Source of the DNA: Octopus vulgaris
Lineage: Eukaryota
Reading direction: 5' to 3'
Length of the DNA stretch: 64,000 bases
NCBI GenBank assembly: GCA_951406725.2
Contig: OX597829.1
Coordinates: 20,956,001-21,020,000 of the forward strand
In this document: positions 12,236-24,219 of the stretch, piece after piece
Position numbering within the stretch: position 1 is the first letter of the stretch
How the letters are laid out: every line of letters begins with the position of its first letter
The notes under the pieces: model-generated
The model's input: only the letters and a program-made list of their open reading frames with translations
Database searches by the model: none
What the model was told of the DNA's origin: nothing
Program-made: the position numbers and the translations under genes

Positions 12236-13866
12236 TCTATATATATAAAAGTGAAGTTGTGTGAGTGTCTGTCTCCTACGATTTAGATTCCTAACTACTC
12301 CCACATTTTGCGGTGCAGTTTAACCAAAACTGGGTATCTTATAGTCGTGATTCATATCGAGCCCTTCTGGGTATTAGCGCGCGTCTACGATGAGTCTACG
12401 ATTTTAAAAATAATTTACCATAATTTTTTTCCATTTTAAAGCATATTTTTTTGGGTTCTTCCAATTTTTTCGTGTGTCAATGGCGGCGGAGTTGGCGTCC
12501 ATGCTCACACCTGCACCTGTGTTGCTTCTCCCCCTTCTTCCCTCCCTCGTGAAGCTGTGGGGAAGGGAGTGTAAGGAAATCAACGTCGTAAAGCGTTGTC
12601 AAGGAGACCAGCATTCTTTTAGAACAACGACTTCATGGCTTGAAGACACCAAAACAGAAATGGCTAAGAAAGCCCGAAAACAAATTCTACAAAATCGGGA
12701 AACACGCCACACAGGGAAGGTTTCCCATGCAAATAATTTGCACAACCGAATGTTTTAGTTGTTGCACAACTTTTACTTAAAAAATATTATCCAAACACAA
12801 ACTTTTGAAGGCAATATTGTATGGCGATGGTACTTGTGAAATATGGTAATGGATTTAGTAGCCAAAAGGAGAGAGCAGAGGCATAGTATAGTGGTGGTGG
12901 AGGCGGTGGTAGTGGCAGCGGTGGTGGCGGTGGTGCTGGTAGTGGTGATGGTGGTCTTGGTCGTGGTGGTCGTCGTGTTTGTGGTGGTGGTGGTGTTGTT
13001 GTTGTTGTTGGTGGTGGTGGTCGTGATGGTGGTGATGATGGTGGTGGTCGTGGTGGTCTTCGTGATGGTGGTGGCGATGGTGATGGTCATGGGCGTAGTG
13101 GTGGTGGTGGTCATGGTGGTAGTGGTGATGGTGTTGGTGGTGGTGGTGGTGGTGGCTGAAGCTGTCATCTGGGTTCTTCCAATTTTTTCGTGTGTCGGTG
13201 GCGGCGTTGGCGTTCATGCTCGCACCTGCACCTGTGTAGCTCCTCCCCTTCTTCCCTCCCTCGTGAAGCTGTGGGGAAGGCAGGGTAGGGAAATCAACGT
13301 CATAAAGCGTTGTCAAGGAGACCAGCGTTCTTTTAGAACGACTTCATGGCTTGAAGTCGCCAAAACAGAAATCGCTAAAAAAGCTGAAACAGATCCACAA
13401 AAACGGCAAAAAACGCCACACAGGGCAGGTTTCCTGTGCAAACAATTTGCACAACCGAATGTTTTAGTTGTTGCACAAATCTTTATATATAAAAGTGAAG
13501 TTGTGTGTCTGTCTCCTACGATTTAGATTCCTAACTACTCCCACATTTTGCGGTGCAGTTTAACCAAAACCGGGTATCTTATAGTCGTGATTCATATCGA
13601 GCCCTTCTGGGTATTAGCGCATGTCTATGATGAGTCTACGATTTAAAAAAAAATTTACCATCATTTTTTCCATTTTAATGCATTTTTTCGCTATTAAATA
13701 AGGGAAGTAACTCTCTAAAAATGTCTACGATGAGTCAACGATTTAAAAAAGAAATTACCATAATTTTTTATTCCATTTTTAATGCATTTTTTTGCTATAA
13801 CTCTCTAAAAATGCTTATATAGTTATTTCCCTTACAAACTCGAGCAACGCCGGGCGATACTGCTAG
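12236..13866 (+). mobile_element. Composite non-autonomous Helitron
   Basis: 5' TCTATATATATAAAA; 3' GC-rich subterminal segment cgagcaacgccgggcg then CTAG; between A and T with no TSD; second 5' head at 13480. Confidence 0.85.
12885..13155. repeat. Degenerate (GTG)n trinucleotide repeat
   Basis: ~270 bp of gtg/gtc/gta/atg triplets. Confidence 0.95.
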
Positions 13867-14832
13867 TATTCTATAGAAGAAGTCAAAAGAATGATCTCTA
13901 TATGCTCCACATGTGCTGAGATAAAGCCAACGTTTTCTAATTCAATACCTGCTCATGTGATAACGGTTACTCAGGCCTTTAGATGACTAGACTTTGATTT
14001 GAAAAGACCTTCCCATCTAACTACAAAAACTGATTTTTGTTGACCATTGTCAGCATGAATTTTTAAGATTCCCTTTTGCTTCCAATGAGCAGATATGACC
14101 ACCAGAACTATTATAAAGTGCTTATCAAAACTCTTCTCAATTGGAGGATTTCCATATTGAAGGATTCACGCATCAGCTAGTAGCAGGCCTACTTCTTAGA
14201 ATCCAGAAGGGAATGGATAAATAGAACAATATAATGAAATAATTTGGTGAACAATATCACTGGCTCTGAAATTAAAACGACTGAAACCCTCAGAATGGGA
14301 ACTTGTTCTTCCAGGTGCACTCCTTTCAATCCATTCTCATCTCTTAATTTCAACAAATTGCACTCCTGATGAACATCTTTTTAAGTATCAGCATAAATCT
14401 CTAAGTGAGCAGCCCATCCTGTCATGACTCTCTTCCCTGGGTAACAAAGTGTTCCTGAAATGTCCCAACCGTCAGAGTAAATATATTCCATTAGTAAAGG
14501 AAGTAGAACTCTTCAAATTCCCTGATGGTAGGCAGCGTACTGTATCATTAAACCACCTTGTACTTTGTGGTAATGTCTATTCTAATCTTGTGCCTAAACC
14601 AGAAGTAACTGAGTCTCCAAAACAAATGATGCCTCAAAACACACCTGGGTTCAATATTTCTACACCTATAAATACTTTAGATGCTTCTTCTGAATCAGAC
14701 TATAAGGGAGTGACAAGTACTCTAGTCATATTAAATACACTCCTTTGTACTTTTAATATTGCTTCAGTGTTTGTTTAACTTAGCTGTATGTGACAGCAGT
14801 CACGTGATGTAGTTCAATTTAGAGAATGAAAT

Positions 14833-16247
14833 ATGGCCAATCATTTTAGAACAGCGATAATCTGCCCAATTTTCAAGAAAGGGAGCCGCGAAGACCCGCT
14901 TAACTACCGACCGGTTTCCCTTACATCAATAATCAGCAAGATGTTCGAAACCATCCTTAAGAAAAGTATGATGCTCCACCTCCTAAACACAGCCTCTATC
15001 TCTGATTCCCAACACGGCTTCGTGCCGAAGAGATCATGCTTGACCAACTTACTAGTAATGGAAGAATTGGTGACGTGCATCCTCGATGATAGTGATGCTG
15101 TTGACATCGTTTTATTGGACTTTGCCAAAACTTTTGACTCGGTAAACCACCACCTATTACTTGTCAAGCTTCAAGCATATAGTTTCCATCCAGATATTGT
15201 ACGATGGGTTGGTGCCTTCCTCTCAGATCGCTCCTTCCAAGTCCAAGTTAATGGTTCGCGGTCCGACGTCTCCAGTGCGAGCAGTGGCGTGCCTCAAGGT
15301 TCAGTGCTTGGGCCCTTGTTGTTCTTAGTCTTCATAAATGACTTGCCCGACGACCTCACGCAACACACCCTTCTATTTGCCGACGATATCAAACTGGTCG
15401 CTCCTCGCGGTAATATAGAGGATCTTCGTCGATGCCTCCACCAAATTTAGAAGTGGTCTAACGATTGGGACCTGTGTCTGAACGTGTCAAAGTGCTGTCA
15501 TCTGCCTGTCGGCTCTACTCCTGCAACTCAACTTGATTTCGAGCCGGGTCGTCTGCTGCTGGAGAGGACCGATCAGGTAAAGGACCTGGGTATCTTGGTG
15601 GATTTCGCCTTTGGCCCAGTGCGTCCATGCTGCCAACAAAGCAAGCGGAATTCTGTTCTTGATTCGACGGTCATTCGGAATGCTCACAGCAGCCATATTC
15701 CTACCACTCTATGTCACGCTGGTGAGACCCATATTGGAGTATGGGATTCAAGCCTCTTCTCCTTATCTCCTCAAAGACATACAGCATCTCGAAAGAGTCC
15801 AGAAGCTGGCTACCCGCATGGTTCATGGTCTCAAAAATTTGTCCTACGAAGAAAGGCTGAGGACGCTCGACCATTATTCTCTTGAAAAACGCCGCCGCCG
15901 TGGTGATCTCATTCTTGCCCACAACATCATAAGCGGAAAGTGTAACCTCTCGAAAGAGCTGTTCTTCACTCCTGCTCCAGAGCGTCGGCTGCGGGGTCAT
16001 TCCGAAAAGCTCTATCTGCGACGATTTCATCTCAATCGAAGGAGAGGAGCTTTCTCCGTCCGGGTTGCGGATCCGTGGAACAAGCTGCCAGACGAGATGG
16101 TGAAGATGCCGACGACCGCTTTGTTCAAAGCCTCCCTGGACTTCAAGTGGCCTGAACTCTTTACATGAACACCACCCTGTACTTAACTCCATGTCCCCCT
16201 ACATGGCCTTGCTATTTGCTTTTGAGCCAAATTAACTAACTAACTAA
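14833..16247 (+). mobile_element. 5'-truncated CR1/L2-type LINE, relatively young
   Basis: NYRPVSLTS, LDFAKTFD, GVPQGSVLGPLLF, FADDIK; one stop (~15448) and one frameshift (~15610); (TAAC)n tail; CpGs retained. Confidence 0.93.
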
Positions 16248-17214
16248 GTAGCCTCCCTTGTTTCTGTACTAACAGAAATCTATCTCGCTTTGAGGTTTTC
16301 TTAATGGTTTGTAACAAGCACAAAAAGTTTTTGTTAAAATACTTAATAAGGCAAATGATGAACAAGTTTAAATCTTACATCAGCATGAGATACAGTCAAA
16401 TAAATTATTAGAATGAAATACACATACCTTTTTTCATTTTATTTAAAGTAAATAAGAATAAGAAAAAGGCATTGGATAAAAGGCAGAATATACCAATAGT
16501 ACCCACTAGGCAAGAATATAATAAAATTACTATTCAGGGGTGGACAGTCCTATTAGCTAAATTTCAAAATAATTAATAATTGATTAAATAAAAGATATAC
16601 TGAAACCGATCACCAATCTAAAGGCATTCCCCACAATGAACTGTTGCTGAATTCCTATTACCTATTTTGCGTGGTAATAATGAGATGGTGATCATTAGAG
16701 TAAAATATAGTACTACCACAATTTATATAATGCATATCAACGACAATTTTAGTATAGTAGCATATGCAACTCTAAAAGAGAGAGGCTGAAAATTAGAATT
16801 GTAAATTCCAGGCAAATACATCAAGCTAATATCAAAAGCAGCCTTGTAATCTTTCACTACTTCGAGTCTACATAGCTACTGTTGCTTTTTGTTTTCATTG
16901 TAAACATAACAACGATGAGCATCAAAATGCATAAAGATTGTAGTGCGCAATTATGGTAATTGTCATCATTGCAATCACCACCATCACCAGTGATGTAAAT
17001 TAAGGAAAGAATAAAGATGGAAAGAGTATTTAGAGAGTTGATATTTTTTTTTAATTAGCATATTTTTGCTGTTAATAAGGTAGCACCATGATCAATAATG
17101 ATAGTATTTATCACCATCATCAATGGTAGAGAGCATTGCTCTGGAATAGTTACTGCATAATTGATTTTATTATTGCATGGAGGAATTAATAGTATGCTGC
17201 TTTAGTGAGTAGCA

Positions 17215-17686
17215 AGACAATACTTACTTCCCTGGGCATGGACACATTGAAACTCCGACGTCTGGCAGCTGACTTGGCAGACACCCATAAAATTATCAAC
17301 CATCTTACAAACAATAACTCTGAGCACCTTTTCAAACTCCACCCGTCTAACACCCGTGGACATATTTACAAAGTCAGAAAACAGCATAGCTCCCATGACT
17401 TTAGGAAACATTTTTTCACGCTGAGAGTTGCTGAAGCATGGAACAAACTGCCGGCATCAGTTGTTTGTTGTCAGAGTACTGCATCCTTCAAAACTTCCAT
17501 GCTTTCTGAGATTCACCAATACTACACCTGATTTTCTCCCCTCCATACACACACAAGCATGTATCTGACTCATACATTGTTCGCTTTCCAGACATTTGTA
17601 CATTACTGCATGTGCTTTATATGCACTTTCTGACAAGTTGTGGTGCACCTGAGCACTGTATACAATAATTTCATTATTATATTATA
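17215..17686 (+). mobile_element. CR1/L2-type LINE 3' end
   Basis: LKLRRL..DL, TRGH.YK, FF..RV..WN.LP motifs; (ATT)n tail. Confidence 0.85.
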
Positions 17687-17749
17687 CTAGCTGAAGGTGA
17701 CCCGTTCTACGTGCGGGTAAGAGTGTGGTTGTTACTTTCTGTTGCTTCC

Positions 17750-18058
17750 TTTCAGCACGTAAAAAGCACCATCCGAACGTGGCCGATTGCAGCGCCGACT
17801 TGACTGGCTTCTGTGCCGTTGGCACGTAAAAAGCACCAACCGATCGTTGCCACTGCGAGCCCCCCTGGCACATGTACCGGCGGCACGAAAAAGCACCCAC
17901 TACACTCACGGAGTGGTTGGCGTTAGGAAGGTCATCCACCTGTAGAAACACTGCCAGATCAGACTGGAGCCTGGTGCAGCCTCCTGGCTTCCCAGACCCC
18001 GGTCAAACTGTCCAACCCGTGCTAGCATGGAAAACGGACGTTAAACGATGATGATGAT
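17750..18058 (+). mobile_element. RTE 3'-end copy (family B) inside Helitron
   Basis: 3 gcacgtaaaaagcacc units and (GAT)n tail. Confidence 0.88.
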
Positions 18059-18891
18059 TCTCCCTCTTTATTTCTCTCTCCTTTCTCTCTCACTTTCCCA
18101 CTCTCTTACTTTTCTTTTCTCTTGGACTCTCCCTCGCTTTCTCTTACTCTCTATCTTTATCTATCTCTCTCCCATTTATAAACAACAAAATATCTTGAGT
18201 AAGTTGAGAAATAAAATATTTAGAAAGATCAATCATAAATATCAGGCAGTGGCAACAGAAAGGTCTGCTTCAAGGCATACAGCAAAACGCTAACATTTAA
18301 AAGGGACAGACGAACTTGCGAGCTGAATAAAAATAATAAAATATTGGAAAGCAAAGTTTGAAGGGATAGAATCTGAGGATAGTAGAGTCACTATGACTGG
18401 CATTTCTTAACGACGGACAGCAACGTATTGACAGTTTAACGGCTGGCATAAAATTTTGAACTTGATGTAAAAGAAAATTCGTAAACACCAAGTTTTGAAG
18501 TGATTCTTTCTCACGACAGTAGACTCACCATGGCAAGCATTCAAAACCTCTTCATCATGGACGGCAACACATTGAAGATTAAAAGGCTGGCGCAAATTTT
18601 TTAGCTTGATGTAACAGGGAATTCCTAAACACTCGCTCCTTTTAAATTTTAATTCCCTTCCAGCCCCATTTAGACCCCTTTTTCATCTTTTGGTTAATAT
18701 AACCCGATTTCATTCGGGTCTACTGGGGCCACATTTTATAAGATGAAGAAATTTGTCCAAGAGGTGACGCCTTTCATTTGAGGTAAAAAATAGTTGTCAT
18801 GCAAACTTGCCAGCACTTTTAACATAGGTGTGCATATTTTCAGCTGAATCGACCAACTACGTAATGCACACATTATATATATATATATGTG

Positions 18892-18925
<34 letters not shown>

Positions 18926-19204
18926 CACGCATTATATATACAAATGTATACAAATGAGATATATATCTGTATAAATTAAATTAGAGAGAAAACCACTAAT
19001 AGGCAAATCAAACAGTGAAAAAACAAAAACATTAAAAAAATATAATATAGAAAATATAGAAAATATAAAATTGAAAAATTTAAATTATTTAAATTGAAAA
19101 TAAAAATTATTAAATTATATTTATAATTTGTTTAAAAATATATATAACTATGGAAAAGTATGAAAAACTTTAATATACATAAATACAGATATATACACTT
19201 TGTA

Positions 19205-19340
19205 TATATACATTATATATACATATTTATATATAGAACACACACACATACATTATATATACATATTTATATATAGAACACACACACACATACATTATAT
19301 ATACATATTTATATATAGAACACACACACACACACATATA
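19205..19340. repeat. Minisatellite, 3 copies of ~40 bp (tacattatatatacatatttatatatagaacacacaca)
   Basis: Direct tandem copies inside the Helitron. Confidence 0.9.
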
Positions 19341-20504
19341 AATGAACGCAAGAATATCTGATTCATAATATTTGTTCTCATGCTCGTGTGTTGTTGGTGA
19401 CAGACAGATACTTAAAAGAACGCCGCCGGAGTGATGGGAAGGTAGGAAACAAAGTCAGTGAAAAAGAGAGGAAATAGCGAGAGTGACAGATACTTTAAAT
19501 AACGGTAGTGGAATTCTCAAAGTTATAAATGAAGGGGAGTAAGAGAGGGAAAGGAGGAAATAGCGTGAGTGAGGAAGATGGCCCCTAGCAACAACACTTT
19601 TTAAGATAGGGATTTCTAAGGTAGCCCACAAGCATCGTCACCTCATTCTACATGTCCCTGTAAATTTTGGAGCGAATCGGATGGGGCGTAGTGGCATTGA
19701 AAGCGATCCAAGCGGTAAAAACGCATTTCAGTTTTATATATAGAGATTATAATGCATGTATTATAAATAAATTAGTATCAGTATTTGACTGTAAATGTAT
19801 CTGTAGTCTTACCTGAAGTTACTCTACACGGACTTAAAGTGATGGTTCTATATAATTGGATGTATTTTGTTTTCACTCTCATTATTCCACTTAATTTTGA
19901 ATCTTTACAACAGAAATTTCTCAACTGATAAGAGAAATTTATTTATCAAATAACTAGTGTTATTGTACTCAGATATTAATTCTGGTATATCCTAATAGAA
20001 TAAGGAAAAAGCACTGACTCTGTAGCACTGCATGAAAACTGAAAGACATAAAAAATCTATAGCAAAGCAAAACTTTGGATCATTGATAATCGTCAATAAA
20101 AAAACCCATGGTTGCTCTTATATCTCTACTAGTTTGCTAAGATCTTAAGAGTAGATCCTCCAAGATTTTCTACAGCCAAGTACATATATTTATATACAAA
20201 TATGCTTTTTATCTAAAACGGTTTTAACCTTAAGCATTCAAATTACTCTGTCAGATGTAATGCTTATTTATTCACATTGTTTTGAACTACTCATGCATTA
20301 TTTTGTAGCTTCAAGATTTCAATGTTGTGATTGGTCATTTTTTTTTTTTAATGACATTGTAGGGTAGATACGAGAGGCCAAATTCAATCAGTCTGAACAT
20401 AAAACAGATAGAATATCTGAGCCAAACATGGCTAATGGGTTAAAAATAATTTATATCAGACAGCTAAAATGAAATACAAGAATATTTGAAGATTAGAAAC
20501 TTAC

Positions 20505-20586
20505 TTAAAATGATCTTGTAGAGCAACATTCAGATCAAATGAATCACTTCTATCTGTAAAACCAATTCCAATGAAAGCACTTCGTT
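20505..20586 (-). CDS. NECAP: NECAP exon 4 ([28 protein letters not shown])
   Basis: [22 protein letters not shown] signature; acceptor TTTCAG; donor GTAAGT; 82 nt. Confidence 0.97.
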
Positions 20587-21149
20587 CTGAAAGCAAAAAT
20601 TGAAATATGAAAGAATTTGATTTCAGACAAATAGTTAAGCTTTAAATAAACATAGCTGTTTAAAGCAATATAAGTGTAGGTGACAATGAATTAGAATTAT
20701 ATTAGTAGTAAAAAGTACTCCTTGCATCTAATGATTTGAAAGGTAGTAAAAAAAAAAAACCAGTCAGGTGTAGATGTTAGACAAATTTAGCAGCAAAGAT
20801 AGAAGAATAGGTTTAACAAAATTGTCCTATTTATAGGACAATGGTGTAATAAATAAAATCTTTTATTTTTTTTACTTGTTGGGTCTGGAGGAAGGGACAG
20901 TGCCCATGGTCTTTGCAGGCCCTCCGAGACCAGGGAAACAGATGCTGTAAATGTTCCTCTTGAATCATTGCAAGTGAATACCTGTGGGAAAGACATAAGC
21001 AAAGAGGAGTTGTGGTATAGAGCACTATGCAGAAGAGTCTATAATTCAATCACCAGCTAAAGATTCTGATTTTGACAGGTTAGTATTGGTTTAGAAAGGA
21101 AACTTCTTTCGTTAAAACAAAAACATCCCATTGGACCATTGGATGTATA

Positions 21150-21420
21150 ATGTCATTTACGTATGGGCCATGGGCATCTGAGTTGACAAGCAGTTTTGCA
21201 ACAGAGGTATCAGCTGAAGTATGCCTGAGAAGCAACTACATTGGTATGTAAAGCGATCAGATGATTAAACTGGGAGACGAAAGTGCCAAGAATTGACAGT
21301 GGAGGGTTTAAGATTCAGAAGCAAAACACGAGGCATCAGAAAAGAGATGAAACGTGGTGAAAAGAATTAGAGATAAGATGTGTCTTAAACACATCAAACC
21401 AAGACTAAAATGTAAAGACA
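21150..21420 (+). mobile_element. Highly degraded RTE C-terminal remnant
   Basis: EKQLHWY...KCQELTVEG similar to the RTE C-terminus. Confidence 0.45.
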
Positions 21421-21650
21421 GATAAAATAATCATTAATGATAATGATGTCAATGACTTCTTAGGCTATTAAAATTTCAAAATATATCCAATATGTAAAAC
21501 TCAATTGGAATATAAAGTTAGAAAAAAAAAACATTTAAATACAATATTTTGTCAAATAGCAAATTATTGAATATTAAAAAAATCTGAAAAGATTTTTTTT
21601 CTTTTGAAATAAAATCCTTTGTAATAACTGTAAATTTTGATGTTCCTTAC

Positions 21651-21752
21651 CCCCTTCTTTGATTCGAATCACAAAGTATCTACTGGAATCCATCACAGGC
21701 TCGATAGCTAAACCAGGGTAGGCATCAACAGGACATTTTGCAAATTCTTCAC
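21651..21752 (-). CDS. NECAP: NECAP exon 3 ([33 protein letters not shown])
   Basis: [10 protein letters not shown] signature; acceptor TTATTAG; donor GG|GTAAG; 102 nt. Confidence 0.96.
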
Positions 21753-22003
21753 CTAATAAAATCAAATACAACATTTAAACATACAGTAATTATGGAGCTG
21801 GACAACATGACAATTTAATTTATAGGCCTACATCTATAACACTTATATTCAAAATAATCTCAGTTCATAAGATAGAAATTAGTGTTACTAAGAGTATCCT
21901 ACTTGATAACCAACTACTCTAAATATACAGATCTGTTTATAATGTTGACCAGACAAGGACTACTGAGCTTGAAAATATAACAAATGAATATTACTATGAT
22001 AGA

Positions 22004-22875
22004 TAGGTGCACTTGTGACTGTGTGGTAAGAAGCTTGCTTCTCAACCACATGGTTTCAGGTTCAGTCCTACTGTGTGGCACCTTGGACAAGTGTGTTCTA
22101 CTATAGCCTCGGGCTAACCAAAACTTTGTGAGTGGACTTGGAAGGTAGAAATTGAAAGGACCCTGTTGTATATATGTGTTTGTGTGTGTGTGTGTTTCCT
22201 ACCACCACTTCACAACTGGTGTTGGTTTGTTAACATCTCTGTAACTTTGAATTTTAGCAAAAGACACTGATAGAATAAGTATCAGGCTTTAAAAAAAATT
22301 AAGTACTGGATTCGATTCATTCAACTAAAAATCATTCAGACATGGTCACAGCCTAATAACTGAAACAAGTAAAAGATAAAAGATAGATATATGGGTATAA
22401 TCTTGAATTCAGAAACAAAAGGTGCAGGTTTGAAATTTTAATGACAAATGTAAGAAATTATGTCAGTCACATGGTCTTCTTTTGCAGTCTCCAAGGAGGA
22501 AAGTGTTTATGCTAGTCTCCCAACCATATGGTTCTGGGAGTTTAGTCTCACTGCATGGCACTTAGGGTAAGTGTTTTCCACTATAACATCAGGCAGAACC
22601 AAAGCCTTGTGAGTGGATTTGGTAGATGGATACTTAAAGAAGCCTATCATGTGTGTGCATGTCTGTATTTGTCCCTTATCACTGCTTGACAACCAACACT
22701 GGTTGTTACAGGGATGTAAACAGATGACCTCTCCCTTAGCAGTTCAGCAAAATGTGGATAAATACCAGGCTTTCAAAAAAAAGTGTTGGCATTGATTTGT
22801 TTGACTAAAATTCTTCATGGCAGTGCCCCAGCAAGGCTGCAGACTAATGAGCGAAACAAGTAAAAGTTAAAGGAT
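22004..22875 (+). mobile_element. Two SINE family A copies
   Basis: tRNA-like head (gtgtggtaag..ggttcagtcc), internal (TG)n, gaaacaagtaaaag tail at ~22004-22385 and ~22510-22875. Confidence 0.8.
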
Positions 22876-22945
22876 AAAAGTAAATGAAGTCATTAATATG
22901 TCAGTATAGCAACTGTGTTTTTAACATATAATACTGTAACAGCAG

Positions 22946-23245
22946 TGGAGGCACATGGCCTAGTGGTTAGAGCAGTGGACTCGCAGCCGAGGGATCGCAG
23001 GTTCGAATCTCGGACCGGGCGATGAGTGTGTTTATGAGTGAAACACCTAAGCTGCACGTGGCTCCGGCAGAAGGTAATGGCAAACTTCTGCTGACTCTTT
23101 CGCCACAACTTTCTCTCACTCTTTCCTCCTGCATCTTGTAGCTTACGTGTGATGGACTGGCATCCTGCCCAGGTGGGGAACCTATACGCCAAGGAAACCG
23201 GCCCTTATGAGCCAGATGTGGCTTGAGAAGGGACAAACAACAACA
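22946..23245 (+). mobile_element. tRNA-derived SINE with 13-bp TSD
   Basis: A box tggcctagtgg, B box ggttcgaatc, (CAA)n tail, TSD actgtaacagcag. Confidence 0.9.
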
Positions 23246-23827
23246 ACTGTAACAGCAGCAAAAAGGAAGTGACTTCCATCTTGTACATGACCTGTCAATA
23301 CAACAGTCTATGGCCAAAATATCTGGATATGCCACATTAGTTGATAAGCTATCCTGAGCCTTCACATTTAGGATGAACACAGTCTCATAGCGGACGGATA
23401 GATTACATGGGCTTGAACAGTGGCAAAATGCTACCTTAAATTTTATAACAAATTGTTTTATATTGATTTTGAATTCAAATCAGGTTAACCTTTTACTACA
23501 CTTTTCTTTGCTTGACAAAGTACTTTAGGCATGTAAAAAGCACTCAGCACACTCTGTAAAGTAGTACATGTTAGGAAGAGCATCCAGCCATAGAAACCAT
23601 GTCACAGTAAACGATTGGAGTTTGAACAGCTCCCTGGATGGCCAGCTCCTGTCAAACCATCCAATCCATGCTGGCATGGAAAACAGATGTTAAATGATGA
23701 TGATGATGATGATAATGAATACTGTACCATCAAATTTAACAGGAATTTAGTCATGTTACAATTAACTAATCTTATACAATTTTCAAAAATTTGGGAATGT
23801 TCTTTGAGAGGCCCTCTCAATGTAGCC

Positions 23828-24219
23828 GGAGTGGAGGCGCAATGGCCCAGTGGTTAGGGCAGTGGACTCGCGGTCATAGGATCGCGGTTTCGATTCCCAG
23901 ACCGGGCGTTGGGAGTGTTTATTGAGCGAAAACACCTAAAAGCTCCACGAGGCTCCGGCAGGGGATGGTGGTGATCCCTGCTGTACTCTTTCACCACAAC
24001 TTTCTCTCACTCTTACTTCCTGTTTCTGTTGTACCTGTATTTCAAAGGGGCCGGCCTTGTCACTCTCTGTGTCACGCTGAATATCCCCGAGAACTATGTT
24101 AAGGGTACACCTGTCTGTGGAGTGCTCAGCCACTTACACGTTAATTTCACGAGGAGGCTGTTCCGTTGATTCGGATCAACCGGAACCCTCGTCGTCGTAA
24201 CCGACGGAGTGCTTCCATC
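23828..24219 (+). mobile_element. tRNA-derived SINE with 10-bp TSD
   Basis: A box tggcccagtgg, B box gtttcgattcc, TSD caatgtagcc. Confidence 0.9.

Larger units (their letters stand above)
7214..16379 (+). mobile_element. Decayed Ty3/Gypsy LTR retrotransposon with nested insertions
   Basis: gag-like KLNLLINYVS...IKPKN (7428-7650, resumes ~8215); RT DGIIEPSKSPW..IIDYSQTIN (10773-11400); RNase H VKREAY.IVE.LKK.RHYLLG (11840-12070); integrase remnants (13870-14700); purine run aagggag-TG at 14704; similar LTR segments at ~7240-7345 and ~16246-16350. Confidence 0.8.
17687..19746 (-). mobile_element. Non-autonomous Helitron
   Basis: Minus strand starts TCTCTATATATAAAAC, ends with hairpin acccg...cgggt then CTAG; A|T insertion site. 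Confidence 0.85.

Noticed and set aside
12773-13526. Poly-Val, poly-Thr and poly-His ORFs
   Set aside because: Products of a (GTG)n repeat inside a Helitron; no splice context or domain
15701-16192. 163-aa minus-strand ORF
   Set aside because: Antisense shadow of the GC-rich CR1 ORF
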